A stretch of DNA of 64,000 bases from an uncultured delta proteobacterium (GTDB lineage: Bacteria > Desulfobacterota > Syntrophobacteria > Syntrophobacterales > Syntrophobacteraceae): the NCBI GenBank assembly GCA_963808625.1, contig CAWEHK010000015.1, positions 14,194 to 78,193 of the forward strand. The letters are read 5' to 3'. This document shows positions 53,140 through 64,000 of the stretch, piece by piece; position 1 is the first letter of the stretch; the number at the start of each line of letters is the position of its first letter. The position numbers were made by a program, and so were the translations under genes. Below the pieces are notes generated by a model. It was not told the DNA's origin. It did no database searches and saw only the letters and a list, made by a program, of their open reading frames with translations.

Positions 53140-53601
53140 CTAACTTACCGAAACGTTTGGAGTTTGATCTGCTTTTTGCAGGCTTCCCAGGACGTGGTCC
53201 AACACGCCGTTGATGAAGGCCCCGGAATCCTCGCTCCCGAATTTCTTGCCCAGGTCAATCGCTTCGTTTATGGACACCTTGGGGGGGACATCAGGGCAGT
53301 AGAGCATTTCGAACAGGGCAATGCGTAAAATGTTCCGGTCGACGATTGACATACGGTCGAGCCGCCAGTTATCGGACGCCGAGACAATGATCTGATCAAT
53401 TTCCGCCTGATGCACGTAGACCCCACGGACCAGGTGCTCGGCAAAAGGACGCACCACGTCAGGCACTTGCACCTCTTGCTCTTCGCCAGCGGTCATGAGC
53501 TCATAATGCAGGAAGATGGCCTCATCGGGGGGAGATGCGGTCATATCGATGCGGTAGAGAATCTGGAGTGCGGTTTCTCGGGAACGCCTGCGTTGGCCCA
53601 T
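53140..53601 (-). CDS. nusB: Transcription antitermination factor NusB
   Basis: [49 protein letters not shown]. Confidence 0.97.
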   Translation of the reverse strand: MGQRRRSRETALQILYRIDMTASPPDEAIFLHYELMTAGEEQEVQVPDVVRPFAEHLVRGVYVHQAEIDQIIVSASDNWRLDRMSIVDRNILRIALFEMLYCPDVPPKVSINEAIDLGKKFGSEDSGAFINGVLDHVLGSLQKADQTPNVSVS

Positions 53602-53722
53602 TTAGGGTTTCTCGGTTACCTTTCTTCAACCACGAAGGACACGAAGTGCCCGAGGAAGAGCACCGAGATTGGTGAGGACGCATTCCTTGGTGTTCTTCGT
53701 GGTGAGTTCTTGTTTAAGGTGC

Positions 53723-53879
53723 ACGGCAAGCAATAATCGTCCGGCCAAGGATTCCGATCGTCATTCCCGCATGTCCCTGGCAGGAACCCAGAAAAATCGC
53801 GCAGCCTGGATTCCCGCCAAAAGCACGCGGGAATGACGAACAGGGTTCAATCCCGGATCATGATTTATTGCTTTCCGCC
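53723..53879. repeat. MITE-like element containing a GTCATTCCCGC REP doublet
   Basis: Imperfect terminal IRs ggcaagcaataatc / gatttattgctttcc flank the hairpins at 53760-53838. Confidence 0.6.
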
Positions 53880-54001
53880 TAAATGTTCATGAAAGGATGT
53901 TTCACCCCCAATGCTGAAAATTGATACCCCAAAAGTCCAATGATTTCATGGGGGTCATTGTCACGGTAAAAGCCTGCTCTTGCGGGGCTCCGGCTTGAGG
54001 C

Positions 54002-54469
54002 TCAAGAAGCGAGCTGCTTCATCAGGTTGGCCATCTCGATGGCGGCCATGGCCGCATCCCATCCCTTGTTGCCCGCCTTGGACCCGGCTCGCTCGATGGC
54101 CTGTTCGATGGTGTCGGTGGTAAGCACTCCGAAGGCAATCGGGGTGCCGGTTTCCAGGCTCACATTGGCAATCCCTTTGGAAACCTCACTGGCGACATAA
54201 TCGAAATGAGGAGTGGCCCCCCGGATTACTGCTCCCAGACAGATCACCGCATCGTAGTGTCCGGAAACGGCGGCTTTCTTGGCCATGAGGGGGATTTCGA
54301 ACGCTCCGGGCACTTTGAAGACCTCAATGTTATCGTCATCTGCCCCGTTCCGCCTGAGCGCATCCAGCGCTCCCCCCAGGAGGCGATCGCAAATAAAATC
54401 GTTAAACCGACTGACAATGATCCCAAAGCGAAGCTCCTGTGCCAGCAGTTTCCCTTCGTAAATCTTCAT
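54002..54469 (-). CDS. ribH: 6,7-dimethyl-8-ribityllumazine synthase
   Basis: [42 protein letters not shown]. Confidence 0.98.
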   Translation of the reverse strand: MKIYEGKLLAQELRFGIIVSRFNDFICDRLLGGALDALRRNGADDDNIEVFKVPGAFEIPLMAKKAAVSGHYDAVICLGAVIRGATPHFDYVASEVSKGIANVSLETGTPIAFGVLTTDTIEQAIERAGSKAGNKGWDAAMAAIEMANLMKQLAS

Positions 54470-54489
54470 CCCTTTCCCCTCCACCTAAA

Positions 54490-54621
54490 AAATCCGACAT
54501 CCGCCATCCCAAACCCGTCACATCCGCAATCCGACATCCGCAATCCACATCCAATCCGCAATCCGCCATCCGAAATCCGACATCCGACATCCGACATCCG
54601 CAATCCGACATCCGAAATCCG
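54490..54621. repeat. Heptamer tandem array (ATCCGAC/ATCCGCA)n
   Basis: atccgacatccgacatccgcaatccgac... Confidence 0.95.
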
Positions 54622-55833
54622 TCAAACACAGCTCAGCAGGTGCCCCATTTTGGTGCACTTGGCCGTGAGGTAATCGATGTTGCATTCATTGGGCGGGATT
54701 TCCAGCGGAACGCGCTCGACAATCCTGATCCCATAGCCCTGGAGGCCCACCAATTTTTTGGGGTTGTTAGTCATAAGGCGCATTTTTTTGATCCCCAAAT
54801 CCACGAGCATCTGGGCGCCGATGCCGTAATCCCGCAGGTCCGCCTGAAGCCCCAGCGCCTGGTTCGCTTCCACCGTATCCATCGCCCTGTTCCTGCAGAT
54901 TATAGGCCTTAATTTTGTTGAACAGTCCAATGCCTCGACCTTCGTGGTTGCGCATATAGAGGATCACGCCTTTGCCTTCTCTGCCGATGCGCAGCATGGC
55001 CGCCCGCAGTTGCCCGCCGCAGTCGCACCGGAGCGACCCGAAGACATCGCCGGTGAGGCATTCCGAATGCACGCGCACGAGGACCTCCTCATCCGGGTCA
55101 AATTCGCCCTTCACCAGGGCCAGGTGCGTGTAGTCATCGATGTCGTTGGTGTAGGCAATGACCTGGAATTCGCCGCCCGAAGCAGTGGGAAGTGTGGCCG
55201 TTGCGGCGCGATGAACAAAAATTTCGTTCTGCATCCGGTACTGGATGACATCGGCGATGGTGACGATTTTGAGGTCGTGTTCTTCCGCGAATTTTTCGAG
55301 ATCGGGCATGCGCGCCATGGTGCCGTCGTCTTTCATGACTTCACAGATGACGCCCGCCGGTTTGAGCCCGGCCAGTCTGGACGAGGTCCACCGATCCTTC
55401 CGTCTGGCCGGTGCGAACCAGTACCCCACCCTTGCGGGCGCGGATGGGGAAAACATGTCCCGGGCTCACCAGGTCATCCGGTTTGACATTGTCGGCAATG
55501 GCGGTGAGGATCGTCCTGGCGCGGTCTGCGGCACTGATCCCGGTGGTGACCCCGACTCGTGCTTCAACCGAGACGGTGAAAGCGGTTTCGAACTTCGACC
55601 GATTCTGCGAGACCATCATCGGGAGCCGCAACCGCTCGACCCAGTCGTGGGTGAGCGAGAGACAAACCAGTCCCCGCCCATACCTGGCCATGAAATTGAT
55701 TGCTTCGGGTGTCGCTTTTTCTGCGGCCATGTAAAGGTCGCCCTCATTTTCACGGTCCTCATCATCCACCAAAATGACCATCTTGCCCTGGCGAATGTCT
55801 TCCAAGGCCTCGGGAATAGATTGCCAAAGGCAT
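54622..55833 (-). CDS. ribBA: Bifunctional DHBP synthase / GTP cyclohydrolase II (several frameshifts)
   Basis: [57 protein letters not shown]. Confidence 0.95.
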
Positions 55834-56291
55834 GTTTTGTTGCTCCTTTTCAAAACTAAATTACGCAAGCAATTCCTGCGGACTGCATTTTACTAACTCG
55901 TTCTCATCCGGAAAGTGGCACTTGCATCCGAAGCAGGGGCTTCCAGCCCCGATCTCGCCTGGAAGCCCCTCCTACAAGACGGGCTTTCCGGATGGACACT
56001 AACTCAGTTTCTATAACATCAACCAGGCCTATACTCAATGGCGTCCCGAAAATAGTGACCGGCAGTCCGAAGGGGGGCAGGCTTTCGAGCCTGCTCTGGG
56101 TTCGATGACACCCAGCCTTAGGTGCCGGCCATCCTATGCTGTGGGGCAGGCTTTCCAGCCTGCCATGGCCAGTGCGTTTAGAGCGTTGAAGTTCTCCCAA
56201 ATCACCTTGCGTCATTCGGACAAGCCGGAATCCAGCTTCGACTTCTGATTCGGCTTCGCGTTGACGATCGGGAATATTTTTCGATACGCTA

Positions 56292-56954
56292 TTAGAGAAA
56301 TCCATGCTTCTGCAAAAACGCGGCATCAATGCGGCTCGTTTCAACGGGGGTTTTGCTCGTGCTCAGGAAACCTTTCAGCATCTTCTCGACATATTTGCCC
56401 AGCAGGTCCGTTTCGAGATTGACGGCCTCCCCGATCTTCACCTCCCCGATGGTGGTTTCGGCAAAAGTATGAGGCACGACATTGACCTCGAAAGCCCCTT
56501 CGCTGCAGCCGTTGACGGTGAGACTGATGCCGTTGATCGCGATGGAGCCCTTTTCAATGACGTAGCGCTGCAAATCCGGCGGCGTCTCGAACACCAGCCG
56601 CCAGGAACGACCTTCCTGACGGCGGTCGCGAAGAGTCCCGAGGCCGTCGACGTGGCCGGTCACCAGGTGCCCGCCGAGGCGGTCCCCGAGGCGCAGGGCC
56701 TGCTCCAGGTTGAGGCGACTGCCGGGTGGCTTTCGCCCCAGCGTGGTCCGGCTCAGGGTCTCGGCCGAGACATCAACCGTGAAGACGTTTCCCTGAAAAG
56801 AAACGACGGTCAGGCAGGCCCCGTCCACGGCAATGCTTTCCCCCAAGGTCAGCGCTTCCATGGCGTAATGGGCCTGGACAACCATGGCGGCATCCTGGCC
56901 GTGGCGCTCAGTCCTCAGCAGAGTCCCCAGACCCTGGATCAATCCTGTGAACAT
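56292..56954 (-). CDS. ribE: Riboflavin synthase
   Basis: MFTGLI, SIAVDGACLTV, GGHLVTGHVDG, KGSIAINGISLTV. Confidence 0.97.
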   Translation of the reverse strand: MFTGLIQGLGTLLRTERHGQDAAMVVQAHYAMEALTLGESIAVDGACLTVVSFQGNVFTVDVSAETLSRTTLGRKPPGSRLNLEQALRLGDRLGGHLVTGHVDGLGTLRDRRQEGRSWRLVFETPPDLQRYVIEKGSIAINGISLTVNGCSEGAFEVNVVPHTFAETTIGEVKIGEAVNLETDLLGKYVEKMLKGFLSTSKTPVETSRIDAAFLQKHGFL

Positions 56955-58094
56955 AGTGGCTCCATCTCAATATACTCGTGATTCTCTTCGCGAAATCGTC
57001 CGGAAAGCATCACATCCTCCCCGAACCGCCTGACGCGAACATCATAGACCGGCAGCGCTTCGGACATGTGCTCCCTGGTGAGCCCTCGTACCATGGGAAT
57101 GGCTTCCGAGTCTCCCAGGATCTTTGGGGCGTAAAAGAAGTAAAAATCGTCCGCCAGGTGCTGTTCGAGAAACGCCCCCACCACGCGGCTTCCGCCTTCC
57201 ACCAGGAGGCTGGTGATCTGGCGCTTTCCGCATTCCTTCAGCAAACTCAAAAGATCAACGCGCCCCTTCTCCCCTGGCAATCTCACCACCACCACTCCCT
57301 TTGCCTCCAGCTCGCAGCTCTTTCTGCCGGGGCGCATCCTCCGTGCACACTGCCCACACCGGAACCTCCCTGGCCGTTCTCACGAGGTGACTGGTCGCAG
57401 TGAGCCGAAGTCGGCTATCCAGGACAATGCGCACGGGCTGGCGGCATGGCGGCCTTTTGCGAAGGCGCGCGGTAAGCTGCGGGTCATCGGCAAGGGCCGT
57501 ATCGATGCCAACCAGAATGCCATCCGCCGCGCATCGCAACTGATGCACGAAGCGTCGCGAGCGTTCATTGCTGATCCAGCGGGAGTCTCCGGTCCGGGTG
57601 GCAATCCGCCCGTCGAGGGTGGCCGCAACCTTGACGGTCACCAACGGAAGCCCGGTCGAGCTGTGCTTGATGAAGGCCTGATTGAGCAAACGGCATTCCC
57701 GCTCGAGGACCCCGACCTCCACGGCAATGCCCCGCTCCCGGAGGGCCTCGGTGCCGCCGCCCGCAACATGAGGATTGGGGTCGGCCATCCCCACCACCAC
57801 CCGTGAGACCCCGCTTTCAGCTACCGCCATGGTACAGGGTGGGGTTCGCCCGTAGTGGTTGCACGGTTCCAGAGTGACATACAGGGTAGCCCCAACCGCC
57901 TTCTCACCAGCTTCCCGAAGCGCATTGACTTCCGCGTGCGGTCCTCCCACCTGCTCATGGTAGCCCCGCCCAACGATCTCGCCACCCGCAACGACCACTG
58001 CCCCCACCATCGGGTTCGGGCTGGTCCGGCCCCGGCCTTTGGCGGCCAGGCGGAGGGCGGTTTTCATGTAAACATGGTCTTGATCCGACATCAT
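56939..58094 (-). CDS. ribD: Bifunctional riboflavin deaminase/reductase (frameshift ~57320)
   Basis: PNPMVGAV, HAEVNAL, TLEPCNHYGRTPPC, ATLDGRIA, LVEGG. Confidence 0.96.
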
Positions 58095-58134
58095 AATTCG
58101 CCCATTTATGAACCCATCGGCGCATCCGGAAACA

Positions 58135-59554
58135 TCACAAATCAAGAGGGCTCTTGGCCTCCTTGATCGTAACACTTTTCACGGTGTGCGTGTAAACCAT
58201 GGTGGTTTTGAGATCGCTGTGCCCCAGCAATTCCTGAATCGTTCGGATATCGTAATTCGCCTGGAGCAAGATGACTGGCAAAGCTGTGACGAAAGGTATG
58301 AGCGGATGCCCGCTTGCAGATTCTCGCCTTCCCGACAGCCTGCTTGATCGCCTTTTGCACATGAGTCTCATGCAGATAATACCGCCGATACTCGCCGGTT
58401 TCAGGAACGAGAGTCAATTGTCTGGCCGGGAAAAACCATTGCCAGATGAACTCCTTTGCCGCCTTCGGGTACTTCTTCTCCAACGCATTTACCAGAAACA
58501 CCCCCGCATAGCCTCGATCCAGATCGCGCTGGTGGAGTTCCTTCAAGGATTCAAGATGCTTTCGAAGTTCCGGGAGGATCCTTTCAGGAAGCGGCACCGT
58601 GCGGTCCTTTTGGCCTTTGCCGTCATGAACGGTCAAAATCCCGGCATCAAAATTAAAACAATGCACGCGCAGCCGCAGACATTCGAAAAGCCGCAGCCCG
58701 CAGCCATACAACAGCTTCACCACAAGGTTATACGGAGGCGCAAGATGCCTCAAGACCGCCTCGATCTCATCACGGGACAACACCACCGGGATGTAGGGTT
58801 TTCGTTTAGCCCTGACAACCCCCTCGACCTTGCCGAAGTCCTTGTTGAGGACATGTCGATAAAAAAACAACAGAGCATTAAACGCCTGGTTCTGGGTTGA
58901 AGCCGAGACCTTGCGGTCAACCGCCAAAAAGGTGAGGAACTGCCTTGACATGATCCGAAGCCAGCGATTTTGGGTCCACACTCCGCGTAAAGGTCTGGTA
59001 GTGTCGCACCCACTGCGTATAGGTCTTCAAGGTCTTCGGGGAATAGTGGCGAACCTGGATTTCTTGAGCCAACTTTGCATACTCGGCTTTCCAGGAGACT
59101 CCCGTCGTCACCTTACGGGCTGAAAAGGTGAGGAGGAGCGGGAGAGACGGTTCCTTGGGAACTTCCCTGGGAGGGCGATCTTCCTTGGGGTGTCAGCTTG
59201 GTTGAGAGACGAGATCGGGTAGTAAGGGGAGATTCATCGGGGAGCTTCCCGGAGAGAGGCTCTTCTGGGGCGAATGGAGCTCATCATGGTGATCCAGGGA
59301 GTGGATAAGTTCATAATAAAGCGATATGGCGCGTGACGCTTCCTGTTGTTGCACCGTTGTCTGACGTTTCTCCTGCAATTTATGGAGAAAATGAGCGAGA
59401 CTGCTCACTATGTGTTTCAGGAGAGTGATACTTCCGCAAAAATCCAGTAAAAGCGCAGCCATTTCAAGTGAGACCCAAGTGCGCTTTGCGGAACGGCCTT
59501 CTGCAGCAAAGACGCCTCAAATTTTGCCTGCAACGCCGATGGGACCTTGAGCAT
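58135..59554 (-). CDS. intI: Integron integrase with N-terminal extension (frameshifted)
   Basis: RHYSPKT, VSASTQNQAFNALLFFY, LYGCGLRLFE, GKGQKDR, integron-specific patch WQWFFPA...YRRYYLH, HTFRHSFASHL, IRTIQELLGHSDLKTTMVYTH. Confidence 0.93.
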
Positions 59555-59851
59555 CTGGAGTTCTCCGCATTTGGATATCCTTCAATTTTGCATGATATAC
59601 TGAATTAATTACCTAAACGATGCGAAAAGGCTTGTCAAGAGTCTGTATGTAATATATTGAAAAAACTGAGTGAAGTGGGAAGTCAAGATTGGAGCAAGTG
59701 CCCGCAGCAAAGCCCAGGCGTTGTGGGGTTGCCCCCCACCTTCCCACCTCGTAGAGTTATACACAAACAGCAGAATCACTTGGGCTTTTCTCCCCCAACC
59801 GTGTTTGCGACGGAATCAGGGAGCATGGTAGAGCAAAGATAAGGAGTTCCC

Positions 59852-61193
59852 ATGGATTCATTGATTGTTGGCTTACGGGCTCAAGATTGTCATGAGGGAC
59901 TTAAGAATACATCTCCTTTTGGACCAAGAGATGTGCACTACAAGAAGACCTTATTGATTGGTAAAGCTGCGTCACTTGCAATGCACCTTCGAGGCTTATT
60001 ATTCATCCAAGATTACAAAATCAGTTAGAATATGCCGCTGCATCATTGGGCATATCAAGTTTGGAGATTGACGCTGTTGTGCGGGAATCTAGAGGCGGTT
60101 GATTTCATTTCGGTAGTCCGTTCTGGCGATAAGGTGAGGCGTATTGATATTCGAGTCCCTGAGTTTCGATCAGGGTATACAGACTTGGGTGAGAGGTGGA
60201 AACAACTCAAGCCATCCGAAATCGAGCAGGCTAGCATCAATGTTTTAAACTTGCTATACAAAGGCCCAAATGACCAGTCCCATCTAATGCGATCATTAGG
60301 ACTTGGTAGCACCGAAGAATCAATCATGTTCGATGTGATGGAGTCTGGGTTGCTAATAGCCAGCGAAACTGTTGATGGACAGCCTTTGATATACACACCA
60401 CTCGCAGTAGATGGCAACCCTAGCGTCTATTTGCGATGGGCAGAGAAATTCCCTAGTGAGGTGGGCTCCGCTATCAATACCCTAAGAAACTACCAGGGAA
60501 TGCCTATCACTGACCCCACTATCTTAAAAAGTGAAGTATTTAATGATGCAGTCATGACCGGGGTTCTAATGCCGGTTAAGGTAAGTGGTGCAACAGGCGA
60601 CCAAAAGTTTCTCTTTGCTCCTCATGGTGGTCTATCACCGGAAGAGGCTGTGATCATGGATAAAGCACGTGCTCTTATCGGCTGCGTTCGGTATGGGCAA
60701 AAATTCGCTGAGGGACGCCGAATCAAATTCCCACGGCTTATTCTGGAACAATTGAGAAGCCATAAGCGATTCAAGAAAAGGGCATCCAGATCTATTTACT
60801 CAGTATGGACTCCTGACAGAGAAATTCATTGGGCATCCTATAGATGAAGGCGGTGGCCGTTGGAATTTCGAAGTAGATGATACTGATGAGAATATCAAGG
60901 CTCTGGACGTCGCGCTTGAAATGCTTCAGCATGGTGAGACACCATCAGCAAGAATTGACTTAGACGCCAAAAAGGCATTATTAAATTCCTCCGGCTATTC
61001 AGGACCGTTATCGACAAGGGTGCGCTTATCGAAAGAAATTCGCACTTCAAAGAAGACCAAAGCAGAAATCATCCGCCAAATGAGCAATCTAATGCGTGGA
61101 GTAACTTCTGATGACGAGCTAAGACAAAGATCTGCATCTCAAGCTTCGATTTCGCAAGATTCTTTTTTATCAAAGCTATTGGTGCCCTATTGA
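59852..61193 (+). CDS. Integron cassette 1, gene A: hypothetical protein (frameshifted; end uncertain)
   Basis: AAGGAG RBS and ATG 59852 (MDSLIVGLRAQDCHEG...); continues through ORFs 60032-60847 and 60921-61193. Confidence 0.65.
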
Positions 61194-62195
61194 AGTCGAA
61201 CTTAGCCAATATGAAACCTCTGAAAAAACGGTCAAGCGCGTCTCTTTGACAGATTTAGACGTTCTTGGGATTCGATACGATAATCTTTTCACACGCTCCG
61301 TGGTGGTAGGAGACTGCAAAAGCGGGAAAAACGTCCCTGATATAAGTAGGCTATTTTGGATAAAAGGTGTTAGCGATTATTTCGGAGCGGACCAAGCCTA
61401 TTTCATTCCAGCTACGTATCTGTGATCATGCAAGAGGCATTGCACCCAAATTGGGTCTGCGAATCCTTGACGAATCGGCCCTTTTTTCATTGGAGGGCAA
61501 CTTGAATATCGCCGAACAAGTTCTTCCGTGGAGTGATATACCGACATATCAATCTATTTCACAGTTTTGGGGGAATCGATATCCCCAAGGGCACTAAGCC
61601 TAACGAAGATCAGCTACGGTTCAAAAAAGTCTATTCCTATTTGTCCTATTCGTATTGGTACATTAGCCAACACCGCAATCTGCTTAGCACTATCGAGCAG
61701 TTCCGAGAAGTTGCCACATCGCTGGATGCCAGGAATCCCAAACATATCCTATTAGCGTACAGCGGGCTTGAGCGCTTTGCACATAGCATATTGGAAGCCA
61801 TTACGTTTGTATTTGCCCAAGGTTCTAGAAATATTCCAGCTGATTCAAGGAAATATATTTACGGTGGCAATCTTGAACTCAAGGAGAAGGAACAGTTTTT
61901 TATGTTGCTACGTTCTCTCACCAAATCTAATGAACAGCTTGACCCACCGTACTTACAAGACATCATCGAGTTAATTGGTCGCATGCTTCGAAATCCCGTC
62001 GGTGCCTGCGATGTCCTTCGGCATATAAGTGCCATCTACTTATGGTGCGTTCATTTAGAAAACAAAAATCTAGTACCCTTAAAAGATAGTGAGGAGAATA
62101 CAGCGGCTGTTGTTCTAGCGCGTGATGCTGCAAACACCTTTTGCAAGGCGAGTGGGATACCCTTAGAACTGTTCGGAAGCTTAACTTCTTTATAA
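61111..62195 (+). CDS. Integron cassette 1, gene B: PD-(D/E)xK-like nuclease domain plus helical C-terminus (interrupted)
   Basis: Manual frame: DKDLHLKLRFRKILF...LTDLDVLG...VVVGDCKSG...RLFWIKG; in-frame TAA after MTS and two frameshifts. Confidence 0.6.
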
Positions 62196-62273
62196 AAGCA
62201 TGCATTTGTCTCAGCATGATAGTGGACATGGGGACACAATTGACTTGTAAATTTGGCGAGTTTACACAAAAAG

Positions 62274-62333
62274 CCCCAACCAGGCGCTTGCAGCCGACGG
62301 AAGGGGCCGCGCAGCTGAAGCGCAGCGTTCACA
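62274..62333 (+). other. attC site 1 (60 bp)
   Basis: ccccAAC-cagg-cgctt(g)cagc...gctg-aagcg-cagc-GTTcaca, paired boxes with one extrahelical base. Confidence 0.85.
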
Positions 62334-62349
62334 GGAGGAGACAACGAAG

Positions 62350-63764
62350 ATGAACATCCTATTGGAGAAGGATAAGTCCACGCCTGTTGATGTCCATCTG
62401 GCCATATCCGCCTTGCGAGTTCTCTGTAGAGACCTGTTCTTCACAGCGGCGGACGACCGCGACATCGGCAAGCATTCAACGGAGTACATTGATACCGACG
62501 GCGAATTCGCTCGAATCGGAAAGAGGATCGGCGGTGGGAAGTACGACATGTGCTTCTACCTCACCAATCGCGAGTTCGCAGACAACTACTTCGTGCATAC
62601 CCATTCCGACATCGTGGTGCTGTCTCTTGCGCATTGGGAGTACTACTCGCCTGCCCCCTTCGAGAATGGTTTCCTGCACTACATTGCAAGGTACGTGGCC
62701 TTGACCCTTACGCCAGGACTCAAACACGATGACGTGACCGGCTGCGTCTATGATGTCCACTACTACAAACCCGGGGTTGACCTCTGCCTCAAGGAAGGTC
62801 GCGTCTGCTCGGCCTGCAACAAGCAGGTCCTGAAGGCTATCAATGGGGACAAGAGGAAGGAAGCGATCTACCGCGACGTCGTGTCAATCCTTCACGCCGT
62901 AGCGAACACCACACGGTCGGGTAGGAGTGTCTATTCAGTGATTGAGGACGCGGCAGCCAAGGATATGAACTGGCAGTCATTCGAGGACGCTGTCGCTCAG
63001 CATTATCGCAACCTCGGCGCGCAGGTGGAGCAGAACGTCAATCGTGCAGGGTTTCAGATTGACGCATTCGTCACCGAGAAGACACCATCGGGGCGGCCGG
63101 TTCGCACGATCATCGAATGCAAATTCACCAGAGACAAGGTCGGGAATCGAATTGTCAACGACTTCGCACGGGTTGCGGAGACAATCCGCAGCGCTGGTCT
63201 CGCAGACACGGCGATTCTCGTCTCATACAACGGATTCACGCAGGATGCGCACCTTGTGGCAAAGAACACGAAAGTCACCCTGCTCCATTTCAAAGACCTT
63301 GCGCCGTCCCAGCCCTCCGGCGGAGCGCCGGGTAGTGGGAAGCCAGAGAACAAGGCTGCCGCGGCGACCGCCCCTCAGCCGAAGGCAACACCCGACGTAT
63401 TTGTGATCATGCCGTTCAGCCCAGACATGGACGACTTGTATTTCTTGGGATTCACCAGACCGTCAAGAATTGCGGCGGAGCCTGCATAAGGATGGATCAG
63501 GAGCAATTCACAGGGAGTATTCTTGAGCAGTTGTGCGGGCACATTGCGAATGCCAAGGTTATTGTTGCCGAAGTGTCGCGCCACAATCCGAACGTGTACT
63601 ACGAAGTCGGCTACGCCCACGCCTTGAAACGTCCCGTCATCCTGGTGACGAATGACATCAAGAACTGCCCATTCGACCTTGCCGGTTTCAGCCACATCGC
63701 GTACACAAACATTAGGGACCTACAGACGAAACTGGGGGAACGATTGCAGGTCTTGCTCAGGTGA
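62350..63764 (+). CDS. Integron cassette 2: Cys/His domain + Mrr-like restriction endonuclease + NDT/TIR-like domain (frameshift ~63450-63490)
   Basis: AGGAGG RBS; WQSFEDAVA...QIDAFV...IIECKF; VFVIMPFS...NPNVYYEVGYAHALKRPVILV...PFDL. Confidence 0.8.
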
Positions 63765-63774
63765 CAAAGACAGG

Positions 63775-63834
63775 AGCGAACAACGGCGTGGTCCGTACGT
63801 CGCTCCGCGCCGCCGGACACGCCGGGCGTTCGGC
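63775..63834 (+). other. attC site 2 (60 bp)
   Basis: agcgAAC-aac-ggcgtg(g)tccg...cgga-cacgcc-gggc-GTTcggc. Confidence 0.88.
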
Positions 63835-64000
63835 AAACAAAGACCCACACCATGTCGGATCGTGAGAGTCATATTAAGCCCGTCGTCGGAGCTCGGAGCT
63901 CGGAGCTCGGAGGGGTCGGCTCGGAGGGGTCGTACCAACCCAAGTAGCTTAGATTACATATGATTCACCTCTCAAAAGGGTATTATTTCGAGCTTAGAAC

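Noticed and set aside
58095..58135. FMN riboswitch upstream of the rib operon
   Set aside because: Only about 40 bp separate intI and ribD, and no RFN motif is visible there or in 55840-56290.
59600..59850. attI, Pc/Pint promoters and a LexA box
   Set aside because: Candidates exist (GTTGTGG near 59720, GTTATAC near 59756, reverse TTGACA near 59635, CTGTATGTAATATATT) but none fits consensus well enough to call.

Overview
GC-rich bacterial chromosome segment whose gene content suggests a Syntrophobacterales/Desulfobacterota-like organism (inference). Many single-base indels split even housekeeping genes (ribBA, ribD), so most frameshifts are probably long-read errors. Layout: (1) 1-14.6 kb is core-like: ABC exporter, HAD hydrolase, TolC/HlyD, a Bacteroidota-like gcvH remnant plus vanZ, a beta-CASP nuclease and a beta-oxidation operon. 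(2) About 14.8-44 kb is an accessory island: a VapBC-like TA pair, a GrpE-Hsp70-698aa-J-domain module, an IS1595 with an 8-bp TSD, a RelA/SpoT synthetase, a signal-peptide beta-CASP with an OB-fold partner, a pentapeptide-repeat protein and a SLOG fusion. The most unusual part is a ZorA/ZorB-like (MotA/MotB-type) pair with no ZorC/D/E, converging on an operon built around a ~1565-aa protein that joins a tubulin/FtsZ-like GTPase to an actin/Hsp70-fold ATPase, with membrane proteins and a MIDAS-motif lipoprotein. (3) 44-58 kb is core: flavoprotein, heterodimeric ABC exporter, eRF1-like protein, DUF554, ribD-ribE-ribBA-ribH-nusB. (4) 58-64 kb is a chromosomal integron with two 60-bp attC sites and nuclease-bearing cassettes. 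Core intergenic regions carry many heptamer tandem arrays, REP-like palindromes and a MITE.
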